NCBI GenBank assembly: GCA_963792585.1
Contig: CAWBWI010000001.1
Span: forward strand, 800,001-864,000
Reading direction: 5' to 3'
Length of the DNA stretch: 64,000 nt
From: Candidatus Eiseniibacteriota bacterium
Lineage (GTDB): Bacteria; Eisenbacteria; RBG-16-71-46; CAIMUX01; VGJL01
Positions 9,579 to 19,184 of the stretch are shown here, one piece after another. Each line of letters starts with the position of its first letter. Position 1 is the stretch's first letter. Both the position numbers and the translations under genes were made by a program. The notes below the pieces were generated by a model. It made no database searches. It was given only the letters and a program-made list of their open reading frames with translations, and was not told the DNA's origin.

Positions 9579-11177
9579 TCAGACCTCCAGGGGCTCGTCG
9601 AGCTGCAGGACGGTGTCCTTCGCGCGGGCGGGATCCATGTCCGGATGGTCTTCGTTGTAGTGCAGTCCCCGCGATTCCGGGCGCATCCTCGCGGAGCGCA
9701 CGATGAGCTCCGCCACGAGCGCGACGTTGCGGAGCTCCACCAGGTCGGCGTCCAGCACGAAGTCCCAGTAGTAGGATTCGATCGAGCGGCGAAGGATCTC
9801 CAGGTAGCGGCTCGCCAGCTCGAGTCGGTGATCGGTCCGGACGATCCCGACGAAGTCCCACATCAACCTGCGAACGAGATCCCAGTGGGCGTCGATGAGC
9901 ACCGATTCCTTCGGCAAGCTCGCATGTCCGACCTCCCACTCCGGCGCTGACGCCGGCGCCGGGAGTTCGTGGCGGCGCGCGACGGCGTCCTCCGCGGCGC
10001 GCGCGCCGAAACAGGCGGCCTCGAGCAAGGAGTTGCTCGCCAGTCGATTCGCCCCGTGGAGCCCCGTGCAGGCAACTTCGCCCACCGCGTAGAGGCCGGC
10101 CAGATCGGTGCGTCCCCAGCCGTCCACCGCCACCCCCCCGCACATGTAGTGGGCCGCGGGCACGACGGGAATCGGGGTTTTCGTGATGTCGATTCCGAAC
10201 CGGAGGCAGGTTTCGTGGATCACGGGAAAGCGGGCGCGCACACGATCGGGGTCGAGGTGCTCGATGTGCAGGAGCACATGGTGATCTCCCCGACGCTTCA
10301 TCTCGCGGTCGATCGCCCGGGCGACGACGTCGCGTGGGGCCAGTTCCTTCATCGGGTGCGCGTCCATGAAACGCTCGCCCGAGATCGTCCTCAGGATGCC
10401 CCCTTCCCCGCGCACCGCCTCGCTGATCAGGAAGCTCTTCGCGCCGGGATGGTACAGACAGGTCGGGTGAAACTGCATGAACTCGAGATTCGACAGCCGG
10501 CACCCAGCCCGGTAGGCCATGGCGAGACCGTCTCCGGTCGCGATGTCCGGGTTCGAGGTGTACTGGTAGACTTTTCCGCATCCCCCCGTGGCCAGGACGA
10601 CCACCGGAGCGGAGTGCGCGGTGATCCGGCGCGTGGCGGCGTCGAGAACGTAGGCGCCGATCACGCCCTCCGAAGCGGTCGGCGATATTCGAGACCGACG
10701 GATCAGGTCGACGCCGCAATGGTTCTCGCGCACCTGGATGTTCGCGTTCGCGGCGACTTTCGCGAGAAGAGCTTCTTCGATCGAGCGCCCCGTGGCGTCG
10801 CCGGTGTGGACGATCCGCCGCCGAGAATGCCCACCCTCCTGGCCGAAGGCGAGGGAGTCCTCACCCCCGCCCCGCGAAAAGTGGCACCCGAGGGCTTCCA
10901 GGGAGGCGATGACGGCGGGCCCTTGTTCCACGACCAGCCGGACCACCTCCGGGCGCGACATCCCGCATCCGACCCGGAGGGTGTCGGCCACGTGGAGGTC
11001 GAAGGAGTCGTCCGGACCGAGGGCTGCGGCGATCCCGCCCTGCGCCCGGGATGTGTTGGAGTCCGCCCGGGCCTTCTTTGTGAGCACAGTGACGCGGCCG
11101 TGGTCCGCCGCCCGAAGGGCGAACAGCAACCCGGCAAGTCCCGATCCCAGAACGAGGAAGTCAGATTCGTTGCTCAT
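9579..11177 (-). CDS. nadB: L-aspartate oxidase
   Basis: GSGLAG, AQGGIAA, EGGHSRRRI, QFHPT, SEAVRGEG, AHYMCGG, GLHGANRLASNSLLE. Confidence 0.95.
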   Translation of the reverse strand: MSNESDFLVLGSGLAGLLFALRAADHGRVTVLTKKARADSNTSRAQGGIAAALGPDDSFDLHVADTLRVGCGMSRPEVVRLVVEQGPAVIASLEALGCHFSRGGGEDSLAFGQEGGHSRRRIVHTGDATGRSIEEALLAKVAANANIQVRENHCGVDLIRRSRISPTASEGVIGAYVLDAATRRITAHSAPVVVLATGGCGKVYQYTSNPDIATGDGLAMAYRAGCRLSNLEFMQFHPTCLYHPGAKSFLISEAVRGEGGILRTISGERFMDAHPMKELAPRDVVARAIDREMKRRGDHHVLLHIEHLDPDRVRARFPVIHETCLRFGIDITKTPIPVVPAAHYMCGGVAVDGWGRTDLAGLYAVGEVACTGLHGANRLASNSLLEAACFGARAAEDAVARRHELPAPASAPEWEVGHASLPKESVLIDAHWDLVRRLMWDFVGIVRTDHRLELASRYLEILRRSIESYYWDFVLDADLVELRNVALVAELIVRSARMRPESRGLHYNEDHPDMDPARAKDTVLQLDEPLEV

Positions 11178-11178
11178 G

Positions 11179-11216
11179 AAAAGAAAGACCCGGCCGACGC
11201 CCCTGCGCGGCGGGTC
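11179..11216 (-). terminator. intrinsic-terminator-like hairpin plus U-tract in the nadB 5' leader
   Basis: GACCC-GCCG-CGC/GCG-CGGC-GGGTC stem followed by TTTCTTTT, ending one nt before the nadB ATG. Confidence 0.55.
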
Positions 11217-11228
11217 CGGCTTTTTGGT

Positions 11229-11255
11229 TCAGGCGCCACTATACAGAGCCGATAA
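11229..11255 (+). promoter_or_regulatory. putative sigma28 (FliA/WhiG)-type promoter
   Basis: Exact GCCGATAA at 11248-11255; TCAG at the -35 position 15 nt upstream. Confidence 0.4.
11238..11243 (-). promoter_or_regulatory. putative -10 box (TATAGT) of nadB
   Basis: 5/6 match to TATAAT about 60 nt upstream of nadB; no good -35. Confidence 0.45.
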
Positions 11256-11309
11256 CTACCGGGAAAGGGTTTTGCCCAGCCCGCAGCGCGGGCCGAAGGA
11301 GGTCGTGCC

Positions 11310-11882
11310 ATGACCCGGCGTATCGCAAGCTCCGTCATCTCGTCCGCCGTCCTATTGGCCCTCGTGCTCGTCGCTCCCGGATGCAGCGACGATGCCGCCC
11401 CGCGGTCCACCGTCACCGTCGAGACGATCAACCAGAGCCAGGTGCTCGATAGCGACGTCTACAACAACGGAGGCGACAAACTTCCCGGAACCGACGATGA
11501 CTTCATCATCGAGGACCAGGTTTCGGTGCTCATTCGCAACCGGCCTCACGATGCCGGCCTGAACATCCGGGCCAACGGCCCCTTCAGCGCCGTCGTATTC
11601 GATCGCTACGAGGTTCGCTTCTCGGGCGATGAGACCCTCGCCCCCTTGTTCGGCGCCATCCACCTTCGCGTGGCGTCCGGAGCGACGGGAACGGGGATCG
11701 TTACGATCATTCCGGCCGGCTACAAGACGATGCCCCCCCTGCTGGTCCTGCGCGCGGGCGGCGAGATGCGGTTCACGGCGGAGGTAACGCTGATCGGTAC
11801 GGAAGAGGACTCCGACGATGAAGTGCGGGCGACGGCGTCGTTCCCGGTCCACTGCGCGAACTGGACGGACGTGGAGCCGTAG
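11310..11882 (+). CDS. hypothetical lipoprotein
   Basis: SD AAGGAGG, basic N-terminus, hydrophobic stretch, lipobox-like VAPG-C, beta-rich body; fills the gap between nadB and lpxK. Confidence 0.8.
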   Translation: MTRRIASSVISSAVLLALVLVAPGCSDDAAPRSTVTVETINQSQVLDSDVYNNGGDKLPGTDDDFIIEDQVSVLIRNRPHDAGLNIRANGPFSAVVFDRYEVRFSGDETLAPLFGAIHLRVASGATGTGIVTIIPAGYKTMPPLLVLRAGGEMRFTAEVTLIGTEEDSDDEVRATASFPVHCANWTDVEP

Positions 11883-11891
11883 TCACCCCCG

Positions 11892-12953
11892 CTAGGCCCC
11901 GAGCAAGCAGCGCAGCCGGCGACGAAGGGATTCCTCGGCGCCGGCTGTTTGCCATTCCAGATCGAGGTCCGCGACTCCGAAGGTGACGCCCTCGCCGAGA
12001 TCGAGGGCGGACATGCGCATCTCATCTTTCTCCGTAACCAGCAGATGCTCGATTCCCGTCGCGATCGCGCGGGCCCGCACCGCATCGATCTCGGCCTGCG
12101 TAAAGGCATGATGGTCCCCGAACGAGGCCTCCCATGCCACGCGCGCTCCAAGCGCTTCCACCGCCTCCCGAAACGAGCTGGGTCGCGCGATCCCGCTGAC
12201 GAGCGCCACGGTCGCGCCCGCCCCGGGCGCGGCTCCCGTGAGTCCGCGAAGTCGTATCCGCGAGCTCCATACGAGAATCTCGGCCGAGGCGTTCAGTTGC
12301 CGGATACGAGCGATCGATTCTTCGGGAGGGGACGAGCGGTCCGCGTGGGCGAGCACGACGACGTCGGCTCTCTCGATCGCCCTCGGCGGCTCGCGGAGCG
12401 GCCCGCGAGGAAGCAATCGCCCGTTCGCCAGGGGGCGGGCGGCCGGCAGCGTGACGATTTCGAGGTCGCGTGCGAGCCGCCGGTGCTGCATTCCATCGTC
12501 GAGGAACGCGATACGGGACCCCTCCCCCGAGGCGGCGACCACGCCGAGAAACCGTTCGGGGGAGACGAACACACGGACCCCGTTGCGCCGCGCGTGCATG
12601 CACGCTTCGTCTCCGAAGCGCCTCGCCGCACCCACCCCAAGCGAGGGGTCCACGATCACCGTCCCCCTACGGATCTCTCCCCGGTATCCGCGCAGAACGA
12701 TGGCGGGACGCCCCCCCTCCTCAGCGGCCAGGCGCGCGAGTTCAGCTGTGAGCGGCGTCTTCCCGGCGCCCCCGGACCAGATCGAACCGACGGAAACCAC
12801 GGGGATCGGACCGCGCCGCACTCGCGGACGATGAAGGCGGACGCCCCACCCATAGAGGCGCGAGGCCACATCCAGGAGCCACGAACCGGGCGGCGGAGTC
12901 CCCGGGGGCGCGGCCCAGGCCTTCTCGAGCCAGGTCCGCAGGCGGACGCTCAT
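11892..12953 (-). CDS. lpxK: tetraacyldisaccharide 4'-kinase
   Basis: SVGSIWSGGAGKTP, RGY, GDEA, LDDGMQH, LPRGPLRE, GIARP, DHH, TEKD. Confidence 0.93.
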   Translation of the reverse strand: MSVRLRTWLEKAWAAPPGTPPPGSWLLDVASRLYGWGVRLHRPRVRRGPIPVVSVGSIWSGGAGKTPLTAELARLAAEEGGRPAIVLRGYRGEIRRGTVIVDPSLGVGAARRFGDEACMHARRNGVRVFVSPERFLGVVAASGEGSRIAFLDDGMQHRRLARDLEIVTLPAARPLANGRLLPRGPLREPPRAIERADVVVLAHADRSSPPEESIARIRQLNASAEILVWSSRIRLRGLTGAAPGAGATVALVSGIARPSSFREAVEALGARVAWEASFGDHHAFTQAEIDAVRARAIATGIEHLLVTEKDEMRMSALDLGEGVTFGVADLDLEWQTAGAEESLRRRLRCLLGA

Positions 12954-14239
12954 CTGTGCTCCCGCGGCGGAAGATCCACCATGCGCAATCCCGCGACGGT
13001 CCGGGCGACCCCACCGGCCAGAGATTCCGCCGCGCGCCGGGCCGCGGCGCCCCGCGACATCAGCCGTTCCGGGTGCTCGATCAGGCCGCGGATCTCCGCG
13101 GCGAGACGCAGCGGACCATCGACGCATGCGCCCCCACCGCGCGTTTCGATCGCCTCCGCCGCGTCCCGAACGCCCGAGATCGAGGGACCGAAGAAGACCG
13201 GGATTCCCTCGCGGGCCGGCTCGAAGAGGTTGTGCCCGCCCAGCGGAATCCAGGTCCCCCCGACGAAGGCCGCGTCGGCCGCGGCGTAGAGGACGCGCAG
13301 TACGCCGATCCGATCGACCAGCAATACGGATGGAAGTCCGCCGCCCCGCTCCCGCAAGGCGCCGCGCAGAAGGTCGAGGGGCCCGTCGGGATCGATCCCC
13401 GCCAGACTCATGCGACGGCAGGCGATGCGCCCTCGAAAACAGGCCCCTTCCCAATCTCCCATCTCCCGCGCGTGGCGCGGGACGATGACGAGCCGGAGAC
13501 TGCCCGCATCGAACGAGGACAGGATCTCCAGCAGCGCCTCCTCACCGGGACGAACGCTTCCCGCCACCACAACGAACGCCTCCCCCGGAACCACGGATCC
13601 TCGGCGCATCCCGTCCCCATCCACGGCATACTTCGTGTTCCCCCAGGCGTGGCACGCCTCCGGAGGGGCGCCGATCGCGATCCAGCGCCGCCGATCCTCT
13701 TCGGTCCGGCAACCGATCGCCGCGACGTGACGCAGCAATGGCTCCAGGAGGAAGCGCATGCGCCGATAGCGCGGATAGGAACGATCGCTGATCCGCGCGC
13801 TCACGAATGCGACCGGGATCCCGCGCGCCCGCGCGTGAACGAGCCACGCAGGCCAGATCTCCGTTTCCACGAAGATCAGGCAGGATGGTTTCTCGCGCCG
13901 CATCGCGCGCGCGATGATCGGAATCAGATCCAGCGGCGCGAGACGGGCTCTGGCGGAGGCCGGAAGTCGCTCCGCGATTCGGGTCCGCGCCACCCGGTTC
14001 GTGCAGGAAACGACAAACCGGGATGGATCTCCTCCCCATTCACGGATGAGGGGAAGGGCGGCCTCGAACTCGCCCAGACTCGCGGCGTGGATCCATACGG
14101 AAGCACGTTGGACGGCGGCGCCGCCCCCCAAGCGTTCGCGGAGTTCGTCTCTGCGCAGGATGAGAAGGATGGGAAGCGCGACCAGCGATGCCGCGGCAAG
14201 GACGAGCTGGTAGATCACGAACGCGGCCTGGTGCATCAC
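12950..14239 (-). CDS. waaA: 3-deoxy-D-manno-octulosonic acid (Kdo) transferase
   Basis: WIHAASLGE, ETEIWP, ARISDRS, GNTK, VPRH, GGHNLFEP. Confidence 0.92.
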   Translation of the reverse strand: MMHQAAFVIYQLVLAAASLVALPILLILRRDELRERLGGGAAVQRASVWIHAASLGEFEAALPLIREWGGDPSRFVVSCTNRVARTRIAERLPASARARLAPLDLIPIIARAMRREKPSCLIFVETEIWPAWLVHARARGIPVAFVSARISDRSYPRYRRMRFLLEPLLRHVAAIGCRTEEDRRRWIAIGAPPEACHAWGNTKYAVDGDGMRRGSVVPGEAFVVVAGSVRPGEEALLEILSSFDAGSLRLVIVPRHAREMGDWEGACFRGRIACRRMSLAGIDPDGPLDLLRGALRERGGGLPSVLLVDRIGVLRVLYAAADAAFVGGTWIPLGGHNLFEPAREGIPVFFGPSISGVRDAAEAIETRGGGACVDGPLRLAAEIRGLIEHPERLMSRGAAARRAAESLAGGVARTVAGLRMVDLPPREHR

Positions 14240-14928
14240 GACCCGATTCTCTCTTCGCGCCAGCGCGCCGCGCGCTCGCTGCAGGCATCGAGCGCTGCCG
14301 CCACCCTCGGGCCCCAGACAGCGTCAAGCGTGTCCGCGGACTCCTCGGCGGGAATCCAGATGCGCTCCCCAACAACTGCCACCACCCTCGACCAAGGATG
14401 AGGGATGAGGAATCGGTCCCATGAACCGAGTTCCGTCCTTCGGACCGCGTCCACGCCGAGCGGCTGGATCGGGAGCCCCGAGCGCTGCGCAATGTGGAGG
14501 ATTCCCCCCTGGAGAACCCGCCGCGGGCCGCGTGGGCCGTCCGGCGTGATCGCCAGCGGGTGCCCGTTCCTCCCAACACGCACCATCTCCATCAGCGCGC
14601 GGAGACCGCCGCGCGTCGTGCTGCCGCGCACCACGCCACCGCCGAGACGGCAGATCATCTGGCTGATGAATTCCCCGTCGCGGTGACGACTGACGAGCAC
14701 GACGGCTCCCGTGCTCCCGTAAAGGTACGCCAGTGGCAGGAGTCCCCGATGCCAGAACGCGTAGATGACGGCGCCCTCCGACCTCCCGGGGACCAGCGCC
14801 CCATCGGCGCTCCTCCAGTCGATCGTGAGCGTCGCGCCCCAGAGGCGGATCAGTCCGGCGCCAAGCACACCGGCGACGCGGAAGCCGAAATCGGCGTTCA
14901 GGTCCCGCGGCGGATCGGCGGGATTCAT
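14236..14928 (-). CDS. DUF374 lysophospholipid acyltransferase family protein (LpxJ-like)
   Basis: FWH, VSRHRDGE, RGSTTRGG, ITPDGPRGP, SWDRFLIPHP. Confidence 0.85.
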   Translation of the reverse strand: MNPADPPRDLNADFGFRVAGVLGAGLIRLWGATLTIDWRSADGALVPGRSEGAVIYAFWHRGLLPLAYLYGSTGAVVLVSRHRDGEFISQMICRLGGGVVRGSTTRGGLRALMEMVRVGRNGHPLAITPDGPRGPRRVLQGGILHIAQRSGLPIQPLGVDAVRRTELGSWDRFLIPHPWSRVVAVVGERIWIPAEESADTLDAVWGPRVAAALDACSERAARWREERIGS

Positions 14929-16055
14929 CGTTTCCGAATTTCCTCGAGGATCGCGGCGGCGGCGCGCTCGGGCGCTCCGCCGGGACCCAGACGCGCCGCC
15001 GCCGCGCGGAGCCCCTCGCGCATGGCGCGCAGCAACTCGGGATCGCCCGTCAACCGGGAGATTTCCGCCGCAAGCCGCGGCCCGTTCACCTCGCCCTGCA
15101 GCAGTTCCGGAACCAGCCGTCTTCCCGCCAGCAGGTTCGCCATGGCGATGTGGGGCACCTTCACCAGGCGGCGCGCGAGCTCCCACGTCACCGGGTGCAT
15201 TCGATAGACGACGATCATCGGCGTCGCGAGGAGCGCCGCCTCGGCGGTCGCAGTGCCGGAGGCCGTCACCAGGAGATCGGCCGCAGCCATGACGTCGTAG
15301 GTCTGCCCGGAGAGGATCGTCAGATCGCGCTCCGCCCGCGCCACCCCCGGAAGATCCTCGACCGAGAACCCGGGGGCCATCGCGAGAACCCAGCGGATTT
15401 CGGGTCGTCCCGCCAACCGTCTCTTCGCATCCAACATCGGCGGCAGGATGCGGGCGATCTCGCCCCTGCGGCTGCCCGGAAGGAGACCGACCAAGGTCGC
15501 GCCCAGGCCGATCCCGAGCCGCGCGCGGATCGCCTCGCGTCCGGCGGTCGCGCGAACCCGATCCACGAGGGGATGGCCGACGTAGGTCACGGGAACCCCG
15601 TTCTCGCGATAGATCTCTTCTTCGAACGGGAAGATGACGATCATGCGCCGGACCAACCGGGCGAGCGTACGGATGCGGCCCTTCCTCCACGCCCAGACCT
15701 GGGGCGAGATGTAGTAGATGATCGGGATCCCATAGGTGTGGGCGCGCTCCGCGAGACGTAGGTTGAAGTCGGGGTAGTCGATCGGGATCAACGCGTCGGG
15801 CGGGTCCTTCCCAAGGTCGGAGGCGAGTCGATCGAGGATCTTCTTCAGTCTCGGAAGGTGGGAGAGGACCTCCCAGAGACCCGTGACCGCCATCTCTTCG
15901 GACCGGAAGAACAGTCTCACCCCGGCGGCGGCCATCGCTTCACCGCCGACGCCGGCCAATTCGATCCCGGGATCCTGCGCGCGCAGTGCCGCAGCCAGAA
16001 GGGCGCCCTGTAGGTCCCCGGAAGCCTCGCCGGCCACCAGGACGAGGCGCGTCAT
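14925..16055 (-). CDS. lpxB: lipid-A-disaccharide synthase
   Basis: AGEASGD, IDYPDFN, ISPQVWAWR, FPFE, VGHPL, LPGSRRGE, SGTATAE. Confidence 0.96.
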   Translation of the reverse strand: MTRLVLVAGEASGDLQGALLAAALRAQDPGIELAGVGGEAMAAAGVRLFFRSEEMAVTGLWEVLSHLPRLKKILDRLASDLGKDPPDALIPIDYPDFNLRLAERAHTYGIPIIYYISPQVWAWRKGRIRTLARLVRRMIVIFPFEEEIYRENGVPVTYVGHPLVDRVRATAGREAIRARLGIGLGATLVGLLPGSRRGEIARILPPMLDAKRRLAGRPEIRWVLAMAPGFSVEDLPGVARAERDLTILSGQTYDVMAAADLLVTASGTATAEAALLATPMIVVYRMHPVTWELARRLVKVPHIAMANLLAGRRLVPELLQGEVNGPRLAAEISRLTGDPELLRAMREGLRAAAARLGPGGAPERAAAAILEEIRKR

Positions 16056-17062
16056 CGCGGCGGTGATCCTCCCAGGCGGGAGAGACTCGCTCCGACCGCT
16101 TCCCGAACCCGCAGGGCGACCTCGAGACTGCGCAGACCCCCCTCGCCGTCCACGACCACGTTCCCCTCGCCCGCGCAGGCCGCCAGAAAGGCCTCGATCT
16201 CGATCGCCAGGGCGTCTCCCTCGGTCGCATCCAGAACGGCGCGATCGAGGCGGAGTCCGCGGGCGGCGAGCAACGCCGCCTCCGGGGGTAGATCGGCTTC
16301 GGGTTGGGTTGCGGGGTCGTGCGGAATCAGGCGGACTCTTTCGACCTTTCGACCGGCCAGGTCCACGGAGAGGTAGAGATTCCTCTCGAAGAAGCGGATC
16401 TTCCGCATGCGCTGTCCCGATACCCGACTCGCCGTCAGGTTCGCGACGCTTCCATCGGCGAAGCGCAGCCGCGCATTGGCGATGTCCGCCTCCCCCGTGA
16501 TGACCGGAACGCCGACGGCGTCCACGGCCTCGAGTGGGCTCGTGGCCAAGGAGAGCACGAGGTCGATGTCGTGGATCATCAAGTCGAGGACGACATCTAC
16601 GTCGAGCGAGCGCGGGACGAACGTCGAGAGCCGGTGGGATTCGATGAAGCGGGGCCGCACCAGGTCGAGTCGGGCGCAGCGGAATGCGGGATTGCACCGT
16701 TCGATCTGCCCCACGCCCAGAATCCGTCCGGCCGAACGTGCGGCGGCGACCATCCGCGCACCCGCTTCCGCCTCCTGGGCAATCGGTTTCTCGACCAGCA
16801 GTTCGATCCCCGCCGCGAGCAGGTTCAGTCCGATCGTCTCGTGCGTCGTCGTCGGCGTCGCGATGCTCGCCGCCCGGACGCGCCCCTTCAGATCGGCATG
16901 GGCGGAGAGGGCTTCGCAGCCGAGTTCGGACGCGAGCTTCGCCGCCCGTTCATGCAGGATGTCGACGACTGCGACGAGCTCGCAACGCGGGTTTGCGGCG
17001 TATGCCCGCGCGTGGAAGGTTCCAAGGTGGCCGCAACCGACGACAGCGACGGGAATCGGCAT
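16052..17062 (-). CDS. Gfo/Idh/MocA oxidoreductase, GnnA-like UDP-GlcNAc 3-dehydrogenase
   Basis: GCGHLG, EKP, GQIERCNP, DVVLDLMIHDID, ASRVS; lies between lpxA and lpxB. Confidence 0.8.
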   Translation of the reverse strand: MPIPVAVVGCGHLGTFHARAYAANPRCELVAVVDILHERAAKLASELGCEALSAHADLKGRVRAASIATPTTTHETIGLNLLAAGIELLVEKPIAQEAEAGARMVAAARSAGRILGVGQIERCNPAFRCARLDLVRPRFIESHRLSTFVPRSLDVDVVLDLMIHDIDLVLSLATSPLEAVDAVGVPVITGEADIANARLRFADGSVANLTASRVSGQRMRKIRFFERNLYLSVDLAGRKVERVRLIPHDPATQPEADLPPEAALLAARGLRLDRAVLDATEGDALAIEIEAFLAACAGEGNVVVDGEGGLRSLEVALRVREAVGASLSRLGGSPPR

Positions 17063-17073
17063 CCGAGCCCCCC

Positions 17074-17847
17074 CTACCGTGTAATTCCTCGCTCCGACCG
17101 CTCGATGAACTGACAGAAGACCTCGATCTCCGGAATTGGGGCGCAATCCTGCCGGATCCGTGCGACGGCCTCCTCGGTGAGCAGCGTGGTGCGGAAGAAG
17201 ATACGGTATGCCTTCTTGATCTCTGCGATCGCTTCCCGGGTGAATCCGCGCCGGGCCAAGCCGACGCTGTTCAGTCCCGCGACGCGGAGTGGGTGACCCG
17301 CCGCGCGCACGTAGGGGACGACGTCCTTCGGAACGCGGCAGCCGCCACCGATGATCGCGTGGGCCCCGATCTTGACGAACTGGTGGACGGGGGTCACCCC
17401 TCCGATGATCACGTGATCCTGCACCTCGACGTGACCCGCCAGATTGGCCGAATTCGCGAGCACCGTGTGATTCCCCAGGCGGCAATTGTGTCCGATGTGC
17501 GCATAGGCCATGACGAGGTTATTGGAACCGATCGAGGTCTCCTCTCCCTCGCCCGTCGCACGATTGAGAGTGCAGTATTCGCGGAAGACATTGTCGGCCC
17601 CGACGCGAACGAAGGAGCGCGCCCCCCGGTACTTGAGATCCTGGGGTGCGGTCCCGATCACCGCGCCATGATGGAATCGGCAACGGGGACCGATCTCCGT
17701 CGGCCCCTCGATCACGACGCCCGAATCGAGTACGCATCCTTCCGAGAGTCGAACTCCCTTGCCCACGATGCACCAGGGACCGATCTTGACGTCGTCGGCG
17801 AACTCCGCGTGAAGCGAGACCCGTGCCGCTGGGTCGATCTTGGGCAT
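17074..17847 (-). CDS. lpxA: acyl-ACP--UDP-N-acetylglucosamine acyltransferase
   Basis: Hexapeptide repeats, PQDLKY, MAYAHIGHNC, LAGHV, HQF, GLNSVGL. Confidence 0.96.
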   Translation of the reverse strand: MPKIDPAARVSLHAEFADDVKIGPWCIVGKGVRLSEGCVLDSGVVIEGPTEIGPRCRFHHGAVIGTAPQDLKYRGARSFVRVGADNVFREYCTLNRATGEGEETSIGSNNLVMAYAHIGHNCRLGNHTVLANSANLAGHVEVQDHVIIGGVTPVHQFVKIGAHAIIGGGCRVPKDVVPYVRAAGHPLRVAGLNSVGLARRGFTREAIAEIKKAYRIFFRTTLLTEEAVARIRQDCAPIPEIEVFCQFIERSERGITR

Positions 17848-17867
17848 CCCTTCCCCTCCCCCCCGAG

Positions 17868-19184
17868 CTAGCGCTCGACGATCTTCGAGAGCAGATCCGC
17901 CTCGGCCACCAGTTGCCCGCGCACGAAACAGCGGCCTGTCATCTTGCAGATCGAGCTCTTCAAGCGCACCATTTCGAGATCGAAGATGAGCTGGTCTCCC
18001 GGCAGCACCGGCCGCCGGAACTTTGCGTTGTCGATCCCCATGAAGTAGACGAGCTTGGTGTCCGGATCGTCGACCGTGTGCAGCAGGAGCACTCCGCCCG
18101 CCTGCGCCATCGCCTCGACGATGAGCACTGCGGGCATGATCGGGTGGCCCGGGAAGTGCCCGACGAAGAACGGCTCGTTGATGGTCACGTTCTTCAGCCC
18201 GACGACCCTCTTGCGCTCCTCGAGCAGCAGGATCCGATCGATGAGAAGCATCGGATAGCGGTGCGGCATGATCCGTTCGATCGCCGCGATGTCGTAGTGC
18301 GCACAGCCCAGAAGGTCTTCATAGGCGTAGCCTTCCTGCTTCGAACCGATCAGCCGCTTCACGAACCGCACGTTCGTGTCGTGTCCGCTCTTCTGGGAGA
18401 GGACGTGCCCCTGCAGCGGACGGCCGAGCAGGGAGAGGTCGCCGAGCAGGTCGAGAATCTTGTGGCGAACGAACTCGTCGGGGAACCGGAGCGGGCCCTC
18501 CGAGAGGATCTCGTCATCCTTCACGATGACGGCATTCCGGGCCGTTCCCCCCTTGATCATCCCCGCCTTCCGCAGCGCCTCCACGTCCCGGTAGAGAACG
18601 AACGTCCGCGCCGGAGCGATCTCCCGCAGGAAGATCTCCGGCGTGATGTCGAGGGTCTGGTGCTGGCTGCCCAGCAGAGGATGGTCGTACTGGATCGTGA
18701 ACGAAATCCGAAGTCCCTCATGAGGCAGCCCGACGATCTGGACCTCCTCGTCGCTGTAGCAGACCGGCGTCTCGATCACGAGCGGGCGCCGCGGAGACGT
18801 CTGTTCGACGATGCCGGCGGACAGGATCGCTTGTGCGATCGGCAGGGCGCTCCCCTCCTCGGGTTCGGGGGCCTCCGCGCCGTCGATTTCAATGTCGGCG
18901 TTGTCGATCCCCAGCCCCGTGAGGCACGCCAGAACGTGCTCGACGGTGTGGACCTCGGTCCCATCGCAATGGAGGACCGTGCGGCGGAGTTGAAAATGCT
19001 CGTTCCCCGAGTTCTCGGGGCGCACCGGGACCCGCGGCCGGCCCGGCAGATCGGTGCGGACGAAGGTGATTCCGCGGTCGGGCGGGGCCGGCTGGAAGGT
19101 AATGTGAACGCGCAGCCCCGTGTGGAGCCCCACCCCTTCGAACGATGCAGGCCCGGCCAGCGTCCGTTGCATCGGCACGCTCAT
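17868..19184 (-). CDS. lpxC: bifunctional LpxC deacetylase / FabZ dehydratase fusion
   Basis: [24 protein letters not shown] followed by [28 protein letters not shown]. Confidence 0.96.
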   Translation of the reverse strand: MSVPMQRTLAGPASFEGVGLHTGLRVHITFQPAPPDRGITFVRTDLPGRPRVPVRPENSGNEHFQLRRTVLHCDGTEVHTVEHVLACLTGLGIDNADIEIDGAEAPEPEEGSALPIAQAILSAGIVEQTSPRRPLVIETPVCYSDEEVQIVGLPHEGLRISFTIQYDHPLLGSQHQTLDITPEIFLREIAPARTFVLYRDVEALRKAGMIKGGTARNAVIVKDDEILSEGPLRFPDEFVRHKILDLLGDLSLLGRPLQGHVLSQKSGHDTNVRFVKRLIGSKQEGYAYEDLLGCAHYDIAAIERIMPHRYPMLLIDRILLLEERKRVVGLKNVTINEPFFVGHFPGHPIMPAVLIVEAMAQAGGVLLLHTVDDPDTKLVYFMGIDNAKFRRPVLPGDQLIFDLEMVRLKSSICKMTGRCFVRGQLVAEADLLSKIVER

